Notes: generated by a model not told the origin, from the sequence alone. DNA of 64,000 bases from Candidatus Latescibacterota bacterium (GCA_965206595.1 OZ242214.1:2304001-2368000), one strand, 5' to 3'. Shown: positions 35,329 to 46,343, numbered from the stretch's first letter. Made by a program: numbers and translations.

Positions 35329-36987
35329 ATGACAGTCCTAGATGTAAACAATGTCTGCAAGCGCTTCGATATCGAGCTGTTGCTGGATGGGGTGAGCTTC
35401 AAGCTGAACCGGGGTGAGAAGGTCGGTCTGATCGGGGGGAACGGGTGCGGGAAGACGACGCTGCTGAAGATGATCGCCGGCATCGAAGATCCTTCTTCCG
35501 GAGTCATCACCAGACCGGGGGGAAGCCGTGTCGGGTACCTGGCGCAGGAGCCGGCGTACGACGGGCGAACGGTGCGCGAGGAGCTGCTCGAGGCCTTCTC
35601 CGAGATTTCCGGGACATCGCGGCAGCTGAAGTTGCTGGAACGGCGCCTGGAATCCGCACCGGCCGACGAGGATGCCGTGCTGGCGGAATACAGCCGCGTC
35701 TCTACCCGGTTGGAGCAGCTCGGGGGCTACAACTTCGAGCACAAGGTCGTACCTCCTCGATCGCGTCGTCGGTCGCGTCCTCGAAATCGAGAACGGGAGG
35801 GTTGCCGAATACAAGGGGAACTACTCGGCCTACCGCGTGGAAAAGCTCAGGGAATCGCTCAAACAGAAGGCGGCCTTCGACGACCAGCAGAAGGAAATCC
35901 GCCGGCTCGAGGCGATGATAAAGAGATTCGCCCTGTGGGCGAAGATGACGGAAGACATCCGGCACGCCAGGCAGGCGCGGAGCCGGCAGAAAATGCTCGG
36001 TCGCATGGAAAGGATCGGACGGCCGAACATCGAGGGGGAAAGGATTCAACCCCACCTCGGGGCAGCGGAGCGGGCGGGGAACATCGCCCTGGAGCTGCGG
36101 GGGTATTCGAGGGCGTTTGGTGAAAAGGTGCTGTTCGATGCGGTCGACCTGCACCTGTCGTCGGGCGAACGGGTCGGGCTGCTCGGTCCCAACGGTTCGG
36201 GGAAATCGACGATTTTCCGCGACATCGTCGAATGCGGGTCCTGGGAAAATCCCGTCATCCGGATCGGACCGCGGATCGAGGTAGGGTACTACTCTCAGGA
36301 GCACGAAACCCTGAACCCCTCCAATTCGCTGGTCGAGGAGATCAGGGAGGCGGCGCCGATGACGGAGGACCAGGCCTTTCACGTCCTGCTGAAATTCCTG
36401 TTCCGCCGCGAGGATATTCATCGCCCTGTCTCGACCCTCAGCGGCGGCGAAAAGAGCCGCATCCAGCTGGCCAGGCTGAAAGTGTCGGACGTCAACCTCC
36501 TGCTGCTCGACGAGCCGACCAATCACCTCGACATCTACTCGCGCGAGCAGGTGGAGGAGGCCCTCGAGGAGTTCGACGGCACCATCCTGGCGATTTCGCA
36601 CGACCGCTATTTCCTCGACCGCATCGTCGACCGCATCGTGGAAGTGCGGAATCCGACGCTGGTGGAATACGCGGGAAGCTTCTCGGACTTCTGGGCGAAA
36701 AGGAGAAGGAGTCCGGAGGCGCCGCGGCAAAAGGTCCGCAGAGGAAAGGTTTCCGGGGCGGGAAAGAAGGTGGCGCCCCGGACGGAAACCCGGCCATCGA
36801 GTGCCCCGCCACTGAAATCGAGCAGAAGATCGACAGCCTCGAGACGCACAGACTCGAGCTGGAAGAGGAGATCGTCCAGGCGTACCAGAACCGCAACTAC
36901 GACAGGGGAGAAAAACTGAGCCGGGACTTGCAGCGCCTGGAAAAGGAGACCGAGCGGCTCTACTCCGAGTGGGAAGCGGCTTCCTGA
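35329..36987 (+). pseudogene. ABC-F family ribosome-associated ATPase with internal deletion (~35748) and frameshift (~36800)
   Basis: NBD1 Walker A GGNGCGKTT, but signature/Walker B missing (FEHKV joins YLLDRVV out of frame); YKGNYS linker; intact NBD2 GPNGSGKS, LSGGE, LLLDEPTNHLD, SHDRYFLD; coiled-coil tail in a third frame. Confidence 0.82.
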
Positions 36988-37287
36988 GTCGACCTGTCGG
37001 GCTGGCTCCGCCCGGCCAGTCCGCCCCCCCGTCGTCACCGGGGATCTCTCCGGTTCCTTCGCCGCAGCGCGCGAACCAGCTGGCCAATCCCCGGGGCCGG
37101 CTGGCTCCTCGCCAGCTCGTCGAGCGACGCTTCGGGCGGACAGGAACGACAGCGGCGCCAGAGGCACGGCGCAGTTGGACGAGATGGAGCAGCAGCGCCG
37201 CTAGCTGTCGAGAGTTCCATGACCCTGGTGATCCAAGGCCGCTGAGGATTCGCTGGATCTGCGAGGGACCGATAGGGCTTTCCCGCG

Positions 37288-38482
37288 CTAATCGTAGGAC
37301 TGGGTCTTGCCCCCGGTCAGCTCGCGGTCGTGGCTGGGGCGGAGCAGCTCCGCCAGTACCGGGGGAAGCTCCCGGCGCCGGGCCTTGGCCGGGCCCATAC
37401 CGGGGGCACCTCCCAGGGGGGCTGGGCGCGCCCGTCCGCCCACGGCTTGCGGTAGCAGAAGAGGGAGCAGAGGCGGGACTCTCTGCCGACGGCCTTGGGC
37501 GCAACCCCGTGGGCGGCGTGCGAAAGGCAGCAGACCACCGAGCCGGCAGGCAGCGCGAGATGCTCCATCTCGAGGGGCCTTCCAGTGACCGGATGGGTGC
37601 GGCCCTCGAGCCAGCCGCGCGCCATCTCTTCATCCGTCGCGGCGTTGCATCCGGCCGGGTCGCGGAACAGGTGGCTGCCGCGGATGATCTTGAGGCCGCC
37701 GTCGCTGTCCGCCTCGAAGCCGTTGAGATAGCAGAGGGTGAGCAGGAAGTTCGGCTGGCGGTCGTACTCCTCCGGCAGGACCGTGCCGCGGTCGCAATCG
37801 GCGCCGATCCGGTGACTGTGCCAGTGGCCGCCCGGGTACCCTCCCGGCCGCGAGAGCAGCTGGTTGTGGTCGAAAGTAGACGGTGCCGGCGCCGAGGCAG
37901 AGGCGCTGCAGGGCGAGCATCTCCGGGTGCGTGAGGACGTCGGCGAGGAAGGGCAGATGGCCGGAGGGGAAGTACTCGGCGAAGACCGAGTGCAGCCTCA
38001 GGGTGCGGACCCCGGCGGCGTCCGTCTTCTGCGGCACCTTCTGGCTGCCCCCGAGGGCCTTCTCCAGGTCCGCGGCGGCGACGGTCTCCTCCGGGGGCCG
38101 GCGGGCCGAGTCCGCGCCAGTCGATCGCGGACCAGTCGGCCCGGAGCAGGCTGTCGTTGAGGTGCTGGCCCCGTTCCAGCGCCGCCAGCCACCGCTTGCG
38201 GGCATGCGGTCTGATCACTCCCTCGAAGACAGCGTAGCCGTCCCTGAGGAAGCGGTCACGGTCGAATTGCTCCTCGACCGCGGCGAGGTCGAGCAGATCG
38301 TCCCGGGCCGCCTCCATGTCGTTCCAGTCGCCAGCCGACCATTCGACCGGTGAGTGGCCGTTGTCGAGGAAGTCAGGACGGGTCGCCCGGGCGAGGCTGG
38401 ACGGCTCGTCGAGGACGCGAGCCGCGTCCGGGTCGGTCACCCCGGAAAGGAGGGGGTTTTTCGGCATGGTATCGGTGGACAT
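37288..38482 (-). CDS. Phytanoyl-CoA dioxygenase-like (2OG-Fe(II)) protein, about 3 frameshifts
   Basis: FLRDGYAVF, WHSH, GGLKIIRGSH, PAGSVV...HAAHGV spread across three frames. Confidence 0.7.
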
Positions 38483-38515
38483 GATGGCTTCCTGCTCCGC
38501 GCGCCCTTCGGCTCC

Positions 38516-39364
38516 TCAGCCGAGCCCGCGGAAGAAGAAGCTTTCCGCCGTCCCCCAGAGGATCGCCTCCTTCTCGGCCTGGCTGAGAAAGCTCGCGTGG
38601 TCGCGGATCAGGGCCACCGCCGCGGGGTAATCGGTCACCGGATCCTGCATGGTGATCGGGCCCCCGCTGTCGCTTTCCCACATGCAGCGCTCGGCGCCGT
38701 AGGCCTCGACGACGCGCTGTATCAGGGGGAGCACGTCGAAGTAGGGGGCGCGCCGCGAGCACAGCGCCTGCAGCGGTCCGATCTTGACCATCACCTTGCC
38801 GTGCCTGGCGAAGCGGAGCAGGGCCTCGAGATCCTCCTCGCTGTAGTCCGCCTCCCTGATGCCGACGTGGCAGACGTGGTCGAGGATCACCGGGGTCTCC
38901 GGGTAGCGGGTGCAGAGGCGGTCCAGGGCGGGCAGCCGGTCGACGCCCATGTTGAAGCTGAGGGCGAGCCCGTGGTCGGCGCCGGTGGAGAACAGCTTCT
39001 CGTATGCCGGGTGGTCGAGCTCGGAGGGGGGCTCGCGAAAGGCATGGCATCCCTTCTTCGAGAGCTCGAGCATGGTTCTGTCCGGTGCGGGGTCTTCGAG
39101 GTCGACAATCCCGGTGCCGGCGAAGGTCTCCGGGTCGGCTGCGATCAGGTCGAGGATGTAGCTGTGGTCGGTTTTGTACCAGATCATCTGGACGAGGTTG
39201 ATGCGCACGTCGCCGACGGCGCGGCTGTATCTGAAGTACTCTTCCGGTGTGAAGGTGGGGAGCCAGAGGTCCTCCTCCTTCACCCCGGGGGCCAGCGGGT
39301 AGCGGGCGAAGTCGTCGGTCCAGACGTGGATGTGGGCATCGACAATTCTGTGCGGTGGTGTCAT
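38516..39364 (-). CDS. Amidohydrolase family protein
   Basis: DAHIHVW, ILDHV, YGAERCMWESD, ILWGTA. Confidence 0.88.
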   Translation of the reverse strand: MTPPHRIVDAHIHVWTDDFARYPLAPGVKEEDLWLPTFTPEEYFRYSRAVGDVRINLVQMIWYKTDHSYILDLIAADPETFAGTGIVDLEDPAPDRTMLELSKKGCHAFREPPSELDHPAYEKLFSTGADHGLALSFNMGVDRLPALDRLCTRYPETPVILDHVCHVGIREADYSEEDLEALLRFARHGKVMVKIGPLQALCSRRAPYFDVLPLIQRVVEAYGAERCMWESDSGGPITMQDPVTDYPAAVALIRDHASFLSQAEKEAILWGTAESFFFRGLG

Positions 39365-39428
39365 CGGATTTCTCCCGGCAGGTGCATGGCTGACCCGGAA
39401 ATATCGTCCGGCGATCGGGGCGCCGGCA

Positions 39429-40430
39429 CTATTCGATTTTCAGGAACTCCCCGCCCCGGCGCGCCGACTCCTCCGCCAGGATGGTCGCCCTGGAGACCGC
39501 CAGGACGTCCTCCGTGGAGATGAAGTTCTCCTCCCCCCTCGCGAACGCGGAGACCATGCTTTCGACGAAGTTGCCGTGGGATGTGAGCGAGAAGTCCGGT
39601 TCGTAGGCACCCTTGCCGTCGGCGACGACGAGCAGTCCGTCGCCCGCGTAGGCGCGCAGGTGGGCGGAGCCGCGGGTGCCCATGATGATGAAGCGGGTGT
39701 CGCCGAAGGAAGGGGAGTCCTCGGGGGTGAGCCAGTCGGCGGTAATCACGGCGCCGGCTCCCGAGCTGAGCTGGTAGGAGGCCTGGACGTGGTCCATCTC
39801 GAAGCGGCGGGGGGGCCGGTGTTTTCCGCTCCTCGTCCCGTAAGCGTGCACGCCGACGCACTCGGCTCCGGTCAGCCATCGCACCTGGTCGACGCCGTGG
39901 CAGGCGACGTCGCTGAAGGTGCCGACGTAGCGCCGCGGATCGAAGTAGAAGTCGGGCGCGGAGGCGTACAGCCGGTGCGGGTGCGTCGAGATGAGGCTGA
40001 CGATCTCGCCGAGCTCCCCGGCCAGCACCGCCTCGCGGAGGGCGATGAAAGGCGGGTGGCTCCGCGACGTGTAGTTCATGGTGAGGCGGATGCCGCCGGC
40101 CTCGACGGCGCGGCGGATGCGGCTCCACTCCTCCAGGGTGCGGCAGAGCGGCTTGTCGAGATACAGGTGGACCCCGGCCGCGGCGCAGGATTGGATCGCC
40201 GGCACCTTCTCGTGATGGGCGAGCCCCTCCAGGACGATGTCCGGAGCGGCTTCGGAGAGCATCTCTTCCAGCGAGCCGTAGCGAGGGATCGGCGACTCCC
40301 GGGTGTACTGCTCGTAGAGGGTGTCTTCCGCCTCGACCAGGCCGACGATCTCGGCATTGGCGGCGTCGCGCGCCGAGCGCACCATGCCGCCGATGTGACC
40401 GTAGTGCACGCCGGCGATTCCCAACCTCAT
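39429..40430 (-). CDS. Gfo/Idh/MocA oxidoreductase
   Basis: GGAG RBS; AGVHLYLDKPL, DVACHGVDQVRW. Confidence 0.88.
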   Translation of the reverse strand: MRLGIAGVHYGHIGGMVRSARDAANAEIVGLVEAEDTLYEQYTRESPIPRYGSLEEMLSEAAPDIVLEGLAHHEKVPAIQSCAAAGVHLYLDKPLCRTLEEWSRIRRAVEAGGIRLTMNYTSRSHPPFIALREAVLAGELGEIVSLISTHPHRLYASAPDFYFDPRRYVGTFSDVACHGVDQVRWLTGAECVGVHAYGTRSGKHRPPRRFEMDHVQASYQLSSGAGAVITADWLTPEDSPSFGDTRFIIMGTRGSAHLRAYAGDGLLVVADGKGAYEPDFSLTSHGNFVESMVSAFARGEENFISTEDVLAVSRATILAEESARRGGEFLKIE

Positions 40431-40599
40431 GCTCGCATCTCCCAGTGTGAACGGGGCCCGGCCGGATGCTGCCGGTTTTCCGATTCGCTGTTGAACCAGG
40501 GCCGCCTGCGCTCCTGAGGGGCGAGCCCCCGGGAGTTGATGACCTGTCCGGGGACCCCAATCTTTACGGGCGGACCAACACCTGCCAAGGAAAGAAACA

Positions 40600-41484
40600 A
40601 TGGACGATCTGACCAAACGACTGCTTGGACGCACCGGCTTCGAGGTCTCGCAGCTCGGCTTCGGGGCCGGGGAGCGCGGCCTGCCGGACTCGGCCGACTA
40701 CGATGACCAGGCCGGCGCCGTACTGAACGCCGCCCTCGACGCCGGGATCAACCTCGTCGACACCGCTCCGGACTACGGCGCCAGCGAGGACCGCATCGGC
40801 AGGTACGTCGGCCACCGCCGCGACGAGTTCTTCCTCGCCACCAAGTGCGGCTGCAACATCGACCTCGGAGGAAACCGGATGGAGCCGGGACACCTGTGGA
40901 CCGCCGACCGCCTGCATGCCAACATCGACCAGAGCCTGCGCCGCCTGAGGACGGACCGCGTCGATCTGCTGCAGATGCACAACCCCACCGTGGAAGAGGT
41001 CGAAAAAGGCGGGCTGGCCGAAGCCCTCGAGGAGATCCGCCGGGGGGGAAAGACCCGCTTCATCGGGGTCTCTTCCACGGCGCCGCATTTGGCGGCGTTC
41101 GCAGCGACGGGGGTCTTCGACACCTTCCAGATCCCGTATTCCGCTCTGGAACGCCGGCACGAGCAGATGATTGAGGACGCCGCCGATGCCGGGGCCGGCA
41201 TTCTCATCCGCGGCGGCATCGGCCTCGGGCACCGGGCCCATGAGGATCGCCAGACAATATGGGAGAGCGCCGGCCTCGAGGAGCTCGCCGGCGGGATGGG
41301 CCGCCACGCATTCGTCCTGCGCTTCACCCTGACGCACCCGGCGTGTCACTCGACGATCGTCGGCACGACCAGCCTCGACCACATGAAGGCCAACGTCGCC
41401 GCGGCCCTGGCAGGCCCCCTGCCCGCGGCCCTCTACTCCGAGGCAAAGGCTCGCCTGTCGAGCATCGGAGAGATCCCGGAGTAA
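40600..41484 (+). CDS. Aldo/keto reductase
   Basis: LGRTGFEVS, DTAPDYG.SE, ATKCG, SLRRLRTDRVDLLQMH. Confidence 0.92.
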   Translation: MDDLTKRLLGRTGFEVSQLGFGAGERGLPDSADYDDQAGAVLNAALDAGINLVDTAPDYGASEDRIGRYVGHRRDEFFLATKCGCNIDLGGNRMEPGHLWTADRLHANIDQSLRRLRTDRVDLLQMHNPTVEEVEKGGLAEALEEIRRGGKTRFIGVSSTAPHLAAFAATGVFDTFQIPYSALERRHEQMIEDAADAGAGILIRGGIGLGHRAHEDRQTIWESAGLEELAGGMGRHAFVLRFTLTHPACHSTIVGTTSLDHMKANVAAALAGPLPAALYSEAKARLSSIGEIPE

Positions 41485-41571
41485 TCGGGGGCCCGGAGGA
41501 CGACAGCGGTCCGGGACGAAGGGCTGCGATGGATCAGCGGGTCTTTGGGAAGGTGGTGTGCTGAGGGCCGG

Positions 41572-41904
41572 CTACTCAAACTTCAGCGAGGCCTTGATCC
41601 TTCCCCAGGTACTGCCCTCGACTGCGGTGCCTTCCGGCTCGATTGGAAGCAGGACCCCGTCGTGAAGGCCATCCCCTCGAAGGAGCGCCCCGCCTCTACC
41701 CACTCCCTCCAGCTGCCAGACCTTCGAATCGCGATGGACTTGGGGCGGGTCATAGTCCCTTACCTCAACTGAAAAGCCGATGACCCGTCCCGCTGTCAGA
41801 TCGCTGACCACGTTATCCTCGCTGCTATCCCACCCATTCCCCCACCAGTCGAACGGGGTGACGTACAGCTCTATGGCGCTGATGAACGGCGCTTCGCCGG
41901 CCAC
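41572..41904 (-). pseudogene. 3' fragment of secreted CBM9/DOMON-like protein with 'TAVE-STWG-IK' C-terminal motif
   Basis: IELYVTPFD...IGFSVEVRDYD...TAVEGSTWGRIKASL; no signal peptide or credible 5' part. Confidence 0.6.
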
Positions 41905-42235
41905 ACTTCCGCTCCCTTCGCCATAGGGAGGAAATAGCGTCCATGCGTCCCCTCTCCCAAAGATCGGCCCGCTATCCAGGATCGGTCCGCTGGCGGAAAT
42001 GGCAATCGCATTGTAATGCTGGGTTTGGCCGAAAGATTCCGCCCAATCCTCTGATGAGCAGTCTCTTGAATAACATCCCTCACCTCCGCTGTGATCTCCG
42101 TCGATGGTCAGCTCTATGCAATCATTATTGATTCTCTCGTAAAAACCCCTCTCTCACAGCCCCGATAATCAGGGATTCTTGGTATATTGGGGTATTCCAA
42201 TCCGTCACACACTTCCTCTCTAGTGGATGGGGCTG

Positions 42236-43943
42236 ATGTTTCGTAAGAAGGATTCGCAACGCACCCTGTTCGAGAGTCGCAACCTGGTGCCTCCGGCCAA
42301 GCAGCGGCGCCTGCAGGCGAGCTGGGCCGAGACCTTTCGCGCGCACGCCTTGCCGCTGATCGACGAAGAACAGTTCGCGCCCTTGTATTGCGACGACAAC
42401 GGTCGTCCCAACCAGCCGGTGGCGACGGTCTTGGGCGTGCTTCTGCTCAAGGAGATGTTTGCGCTGACCGACGTCGAGGCGCTGGAGCAGCTGGAGTTCA
42501 GCCTGTTGTGGCAGCACGCCCTGGAGCTGACCCCGGACGAGGCCCACCTGGCGCAGAAGACGAGGACTAACAACGTCCTGACGCTGCACAACTTCCGCGC
42601 TGGCTTGCTGACCCATGACCGCGGCCGGCAGGCCTTCGAGGCGACTACGGATGGCATTCTCCAAGCGCTGGGTACGAAGGTCACCCGGCAACGTCTGGAC
42701 TCCACCCATGTGCTCAGCAACATCGCGGTGTTGTCGCGTCTGGGGCTGTTGTGTGAGACCCTCCGTCACTTTCTGAAGACCCTGGCCGCGGAGCATCCGC
42801 GCCTGTACGGGCGGGTGCCGAAGCGCCTGCGCGAGCGCTACCTGAAGGAGGACGGCAGCGCCACGGCCTACCAGGACGCGCCCTCCGGCACGGGCAAGAG
42901 GCGGTTGCCGGTGTGCGCCCGCGACCTCTACCGTCTCCATCAGCTGTGTGCGGGCACCGCGGCCGAGGGCCTGGCATCCTACGCGCTGCTGCAGCGCCTG
43001 CTGTGGGAGCAGTGTGAGGTGATCGCGGACAAGCAGCGCCCCTCGACCGAGGACGACGACGCCGGCGAAGGCGGCGTGCCGGTGGCGCTGAAGGCGCCGG
43101 AGCACGTCGGCAGCGACTCGCTGCAAAGCCCTCATGATGCCGAGGCCACCTACAACGCCCGCAAGGGCAAAGGGTATGAGGTGCAGATCGCCGAGACCTG
43201 CGTCGAGGCCGACGACGACCAGGCCGACGACGACCAGACTGACACCGTGAACAGGATCACCCACGTAGCGGTGACCGCTGCCTGCGCCAGTGACGAGCAC
43301 TTTGACGATGCCGGTGCTGGAGGCCCTCGAAGATCGCGGGCAGCGACCCGACGAGCTGGTCGCCGACACCGCCTTCGGCTCGGGCGACCATGCCATCCAC
43401 GCCGAACGCCTCGGCACCGAGTTGGTCAGCCCGGTCAAAGGCCCCCAGGTCGACGTCGAGGAGCGGCCCGATACGGTGACCGAGGCCGACTTCCTCGTCG
43501 AGGCCCGTCTCCGGGATCCGGCCATCTGCCCGGCCGGATACCTGGCCCGCGAGCAGACGCCGTGTGAGAAGAAGTCCCGTCACGTGGCCCTGACCTTCGA
43601 GCGCGAGGCCTGTGAGACCTGCGCCCTGCTTTCCGTCTGTCCGGTGAAACGGGACAGGACCCGGGACGGCTACGCCGTGACCGTGGACCTGAAAGCCGTC
43701 AACCTCGAACGTCGCCGACGCGCCATCGCCAGCGGCGCCTTCCGGGAGCGCTATCGCATTCGCGCCGGCATCGAGGCCACGGTCTCGGAACTGAAACGAA
43801 GACACGGGCTGGGCGCCCTGCGCGTGCGCGGGCGTTGGCGCGTGGAGTTGGCCGTCTACCTCAAAGCCCTGGCCTGCAATATCAAGAGAATGGTGCGGGC
43901 GCTTACGCCCAAACCCGAAGCCATAGTTCCGGCGATGGGCTGA
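42236..43943 (+). CDS. DDE transposase (DUF772 + DDE_Tnp_1_6-like), +1 frameshift at ~43302
   Basis: DNGRP, QRLDSTH, LQSPHDAEATY..KGKGY.VQIAET, ADTAFG, YRIRAGIEAT.SELKRRHG. Confidence 0.85.
43206..43235 (+). repeat. 15-bp perfect tandem duplication inside transposase (ADDDQ x2)
   Basis: AGGCCGACGACGACC occurs twice in tandem. Confidence 0.8.
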
Positions 43944-44129
43944 AAAAGGGAACGGAGGTCCCTTTCGGTGCCGGAAAAAGGCCTTATAAGCCCGATTCGA
44001 GGCCATCGGACGATAGAGCGCTGAAGCTGCTTGAATAGCGCCGCATTCTCGATTCTTTTCATGTTGGTGAAACTTAAGTTTCAAGGAAAACCCCTGTCTG
44101 TGAAAACGGGGTTGTTACGAGGGAGTCAA

Positions 44130-44571
44130 GGTTGATGTTGATTCTGTCATGACAGCGCATCAGTTCAACCCGGTTTTCAGGAATGCTGTTGAATTCCTGT
44201 TCCCGACTGCTCAAGACCTACAGGTAGGCGTTGTGATCGGTGCACCATTGATGAAAGGTTGGCTTGCCGTTCCCCAAAACGCATGGCGGGAGAGTCCTCC
44301 CGATTGGATGGACGAGATTTTCAAGGCGTCCTATTTCAGGTTCCTTGATATTCATGCGGACGCTGATATTCCCATGGCAGAACTCTGTATCCGCTGGATG
44401 CTTTCCGAGCAAAAGCAACAGTCCATCGTTGTTGGTTTCAGTAATCTCCAAGAAGTCGAATTCAATATGTCTGCTGCGCTTCGTGGAGTACTCCCGGACG
44501 ACCTCAACGCTGCGATAGAGGAGGTTGGGATTGTTCATCCTCTCATCTATCAAGGGCGGACACGGATCTGA
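44130..44571 (+). pseudogene. 3' fragment of aldo/keto reductase, cut at the IS right end
   Basis: VGVVIGAPLMKG.L...MAELCIRW.L...IVVG...EVEFN; frame runs from the IS boundary; lower GC. Confidence 0.65.
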
Positions 44572-44610
44572 AGCCACGAATAGAACAAGGAGATTCGCAC
44601 AATGTGGCAG

Positions 44611-44868
44611 GCTCTCACTACCAACCACGATGGCCACCGGCTGGCGGTAATCGGCATCGGTGTATTCGCACTCGGCATCCGGATGCGCGGCAACGATGCG
44701 AATGTCCCGTACGCCAAGCCAGGCGCGAATCTCCGGTGCCGTGGCAACCGACACTGGGACACTGAACACGGTTCCCACGCTGGCACGGACCACGTTCGGG
44801 TTGGACACGTCGGTCGCGGGATCCGCGATCAGGACGCCGCTCGCCCCGGCGGCATCCGCGCTGCACAA
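44611..44868 (-). pseudogene. Internal fragment of TrmH/SpoU RNA methyltransferase
   Basis: SADAAG...NPNVVRASVGTVF...AIVVGSE, with no N- or C-terminus. Confidence 0.75.
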
Positions 44869-44869
44869 C

Positions 44870-45254
44870 GTTCCGCCCGACCATTATCGGCCGGACCGCT
44901 ACAACTCCGTGGATCCATTCGGCGGGCGGCGGAGGCCCACAGACTCCGTTCTACCAGCCCCTGGTTGGACCTTATGTGTCCTCGGTGGGCATCGGTGGCT
45001 ACAACCATGGCACCGAAGCCCGACCCATCGGTGAGCTTTACATCGAAATGGCCAAGGAGTTCGACATACCCAGGCGCATCGAGATCAAGAGCCAGATTGT
45101 CGACTACTTGCACTACGAGGCCCTGGTGATCGGGACGCTCGCGGTCCCCAACAACATCACCTACAACCCGAACTCCTTCGCCGCGTGGCCGATGCCGCGG
45201 AGCGTGGGAGAAAGGCCCTGGCAGTATCCCGAGTACATCCAGCTGCACAAGTGA
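44870..45254 (+). pseudogene. 3' fragment of ABC transporter substrate-binding protein (family 5-like)
   Basis: EFDIPRRIEIKSQIVDYLH..ALVI pattern typical of SBP5 C-termini; followed by terminator. Confidence 0.5.
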
Positions 45255-45291
45255 CCATGTGACGGTCGCTCGAACCAGTTCGAGGCATAAG

Positions 45292-45351
45292 AACTCCCCC
45301 CTCGCGGGAAGGCTGCAACGGGCCTCCTCTCACGAGGGGGGAGTTTTTTTT
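45292..45351 (+). terminator. Intrinsic terminator
   Basis: AACTCCCCCCTCG...CGAGGGGGGAGTT stem followed by a T run. Confidence 0.75.
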
Positions 45352-45395
45352 GGCTAATGAGGCGCAGGCCCGTAACCCTGGCTGGGTTGCTTAAA

Positions 45396-45498
45396 CTATT
45401 CGTCGGCGATGCGGAACGAGTAGAGTTCCGCATTCCTCATCCAGAAGCGCAACTTAACGCACCACGGGACCTCGTTCATCTCTGACCGGCTCTCCCAG
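45396..45498 (-). pseudogene. C-terminal remnant of a gene cut by the IS5 left end
   Basis: W...VKLRFWMRNAELYSFRI* resembles the conserved tail of beta-propeller glycosidase-like proteins; begins at the IS boundary. Confidence 0.45.
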
Positions 45499-45528
45499 GA
45501 ACCTATCTCAAAATAGGCAAACTTAAAC

Positions 45529-45557
45529 TTGTTTTCGAAATGACAGTGATGTACCAT
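45529..45557 (+). promoter_or_regulatory. Possible promoter for leaderless IS5 transposase mRNA
   Basis: TTGTTT-17 nt-TACCAT, ATG 6 nt downstream, no Shine-Dalgarno. Confidence 0.35.
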
Positions 45558-45563
45558 TGGTGT

Positions 45564-46343
45564 ATGGTCAATCTGACCGACATGCAATGGCAACGAATCC
45601 GCCATCACTTTCCTGAAGAACTTCGTCCCAAGAGGCATCCGGGTCGCAAACCGGTTTGCACCCGTGATGTTTTTGAAGCCGTCCTTTGGATTCTAAACAC
45701 CGGGGCTCAATGGCATATGTTGCCGCAGTGCTATCCGAACTACAAAACCGTGCATCGCCGTTTTCAAAACGGGTGTCGTCAAGGGGTGGTGCGCGAAGTT
45801 CTCATGGACCTGGCCCAGACCCTTCACGAGCAAGGGGGCCTGGACGAATCGGAGGCTTTCATCGACGGCATGTTCTCGGCGGCCAAGGGTGGAGGTGCCG
45901 ATATCGGCCACACCAAGCGAGGTAAGGGGGTGCGGGTCATGGGGATCGTGGACGGCAATGGGCTTCCCTTGTCGGTGAGCACGCATGCAGCGAACCATCA
46001 TGAAGTGACGCTGGTTCAGTTGACCTTTGACTTTTACCTGATCGAAGACCAACCTGACAACTTGATCGGTGACAAAGCGTACGACAGCGATTCGTTGGAT
46101 GAAGAACGTAAGAAAGACGGGATCGAGATGATCGCCCCGCATCGCCAGAATCGGACCAAGAAAAAGACTCAGGACGGACGGCGATTGCGGCGTTATGTGC
46201 GGCCTTGGATGGTTGAGAGATTCTTTGCTTGGCTTCAATGGCAGCGTCGAGTGATCACTCGCTGGGAATTGTATCCGGAGAATTTTCTTGGCTTCGTCCA
46301 ACTTGCATCCATTTTGATTTTACTTAAACAATCTCAATTTTGA
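45564..46343 (+). CDS. IS5-family transposase
   Basis: LTD.QW, TGAQW..LP..YP..KTVHRRF, FIDG, GDKAYDSD, W.VERFFAWL. Confidence 0.92.
   Translation: MVNLTDMQWQRIRHHFPEELRPKRHPGRKPVCTRDVFEAVLWILNTGAQWHMLPQCYPNYKTVHRRFQNGCRQGVVREVLMDLAQTLHEQGGLDESEAFIDGMFSAAKGGGADIGHTKRGKGVRVMGIVDGNGLPLSVSTHAANHHEVTLVQLTFDFYLIEDQPDNLIGDKAYDSDSLDEERKKDGIEMIAPHRQNRTKKKTQDGRRLRRYVRPWMVERFFAWLQWQRRVITRWELYPENFLGFVQLASILILLKQSQF

Larger units (their letters stand above)
42128..44129 (+). mobile_element. Insertion sequence (~2.0 kb), IS1182/IS5-like DDE element
   Basis: 32-bp imperfect terminal inverted repeats 42128-42159 and 44098-44129 (26/32 identical) around a transposase; no clear target duplication. Confidence 0.8.

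Noticed and set aside
43295-43310. Programmed frameshift in the transposase
   Set aside because: No A6G/X-XXY-YYZ slippery site; a single extra T in a short run is better explained as an error or mutation
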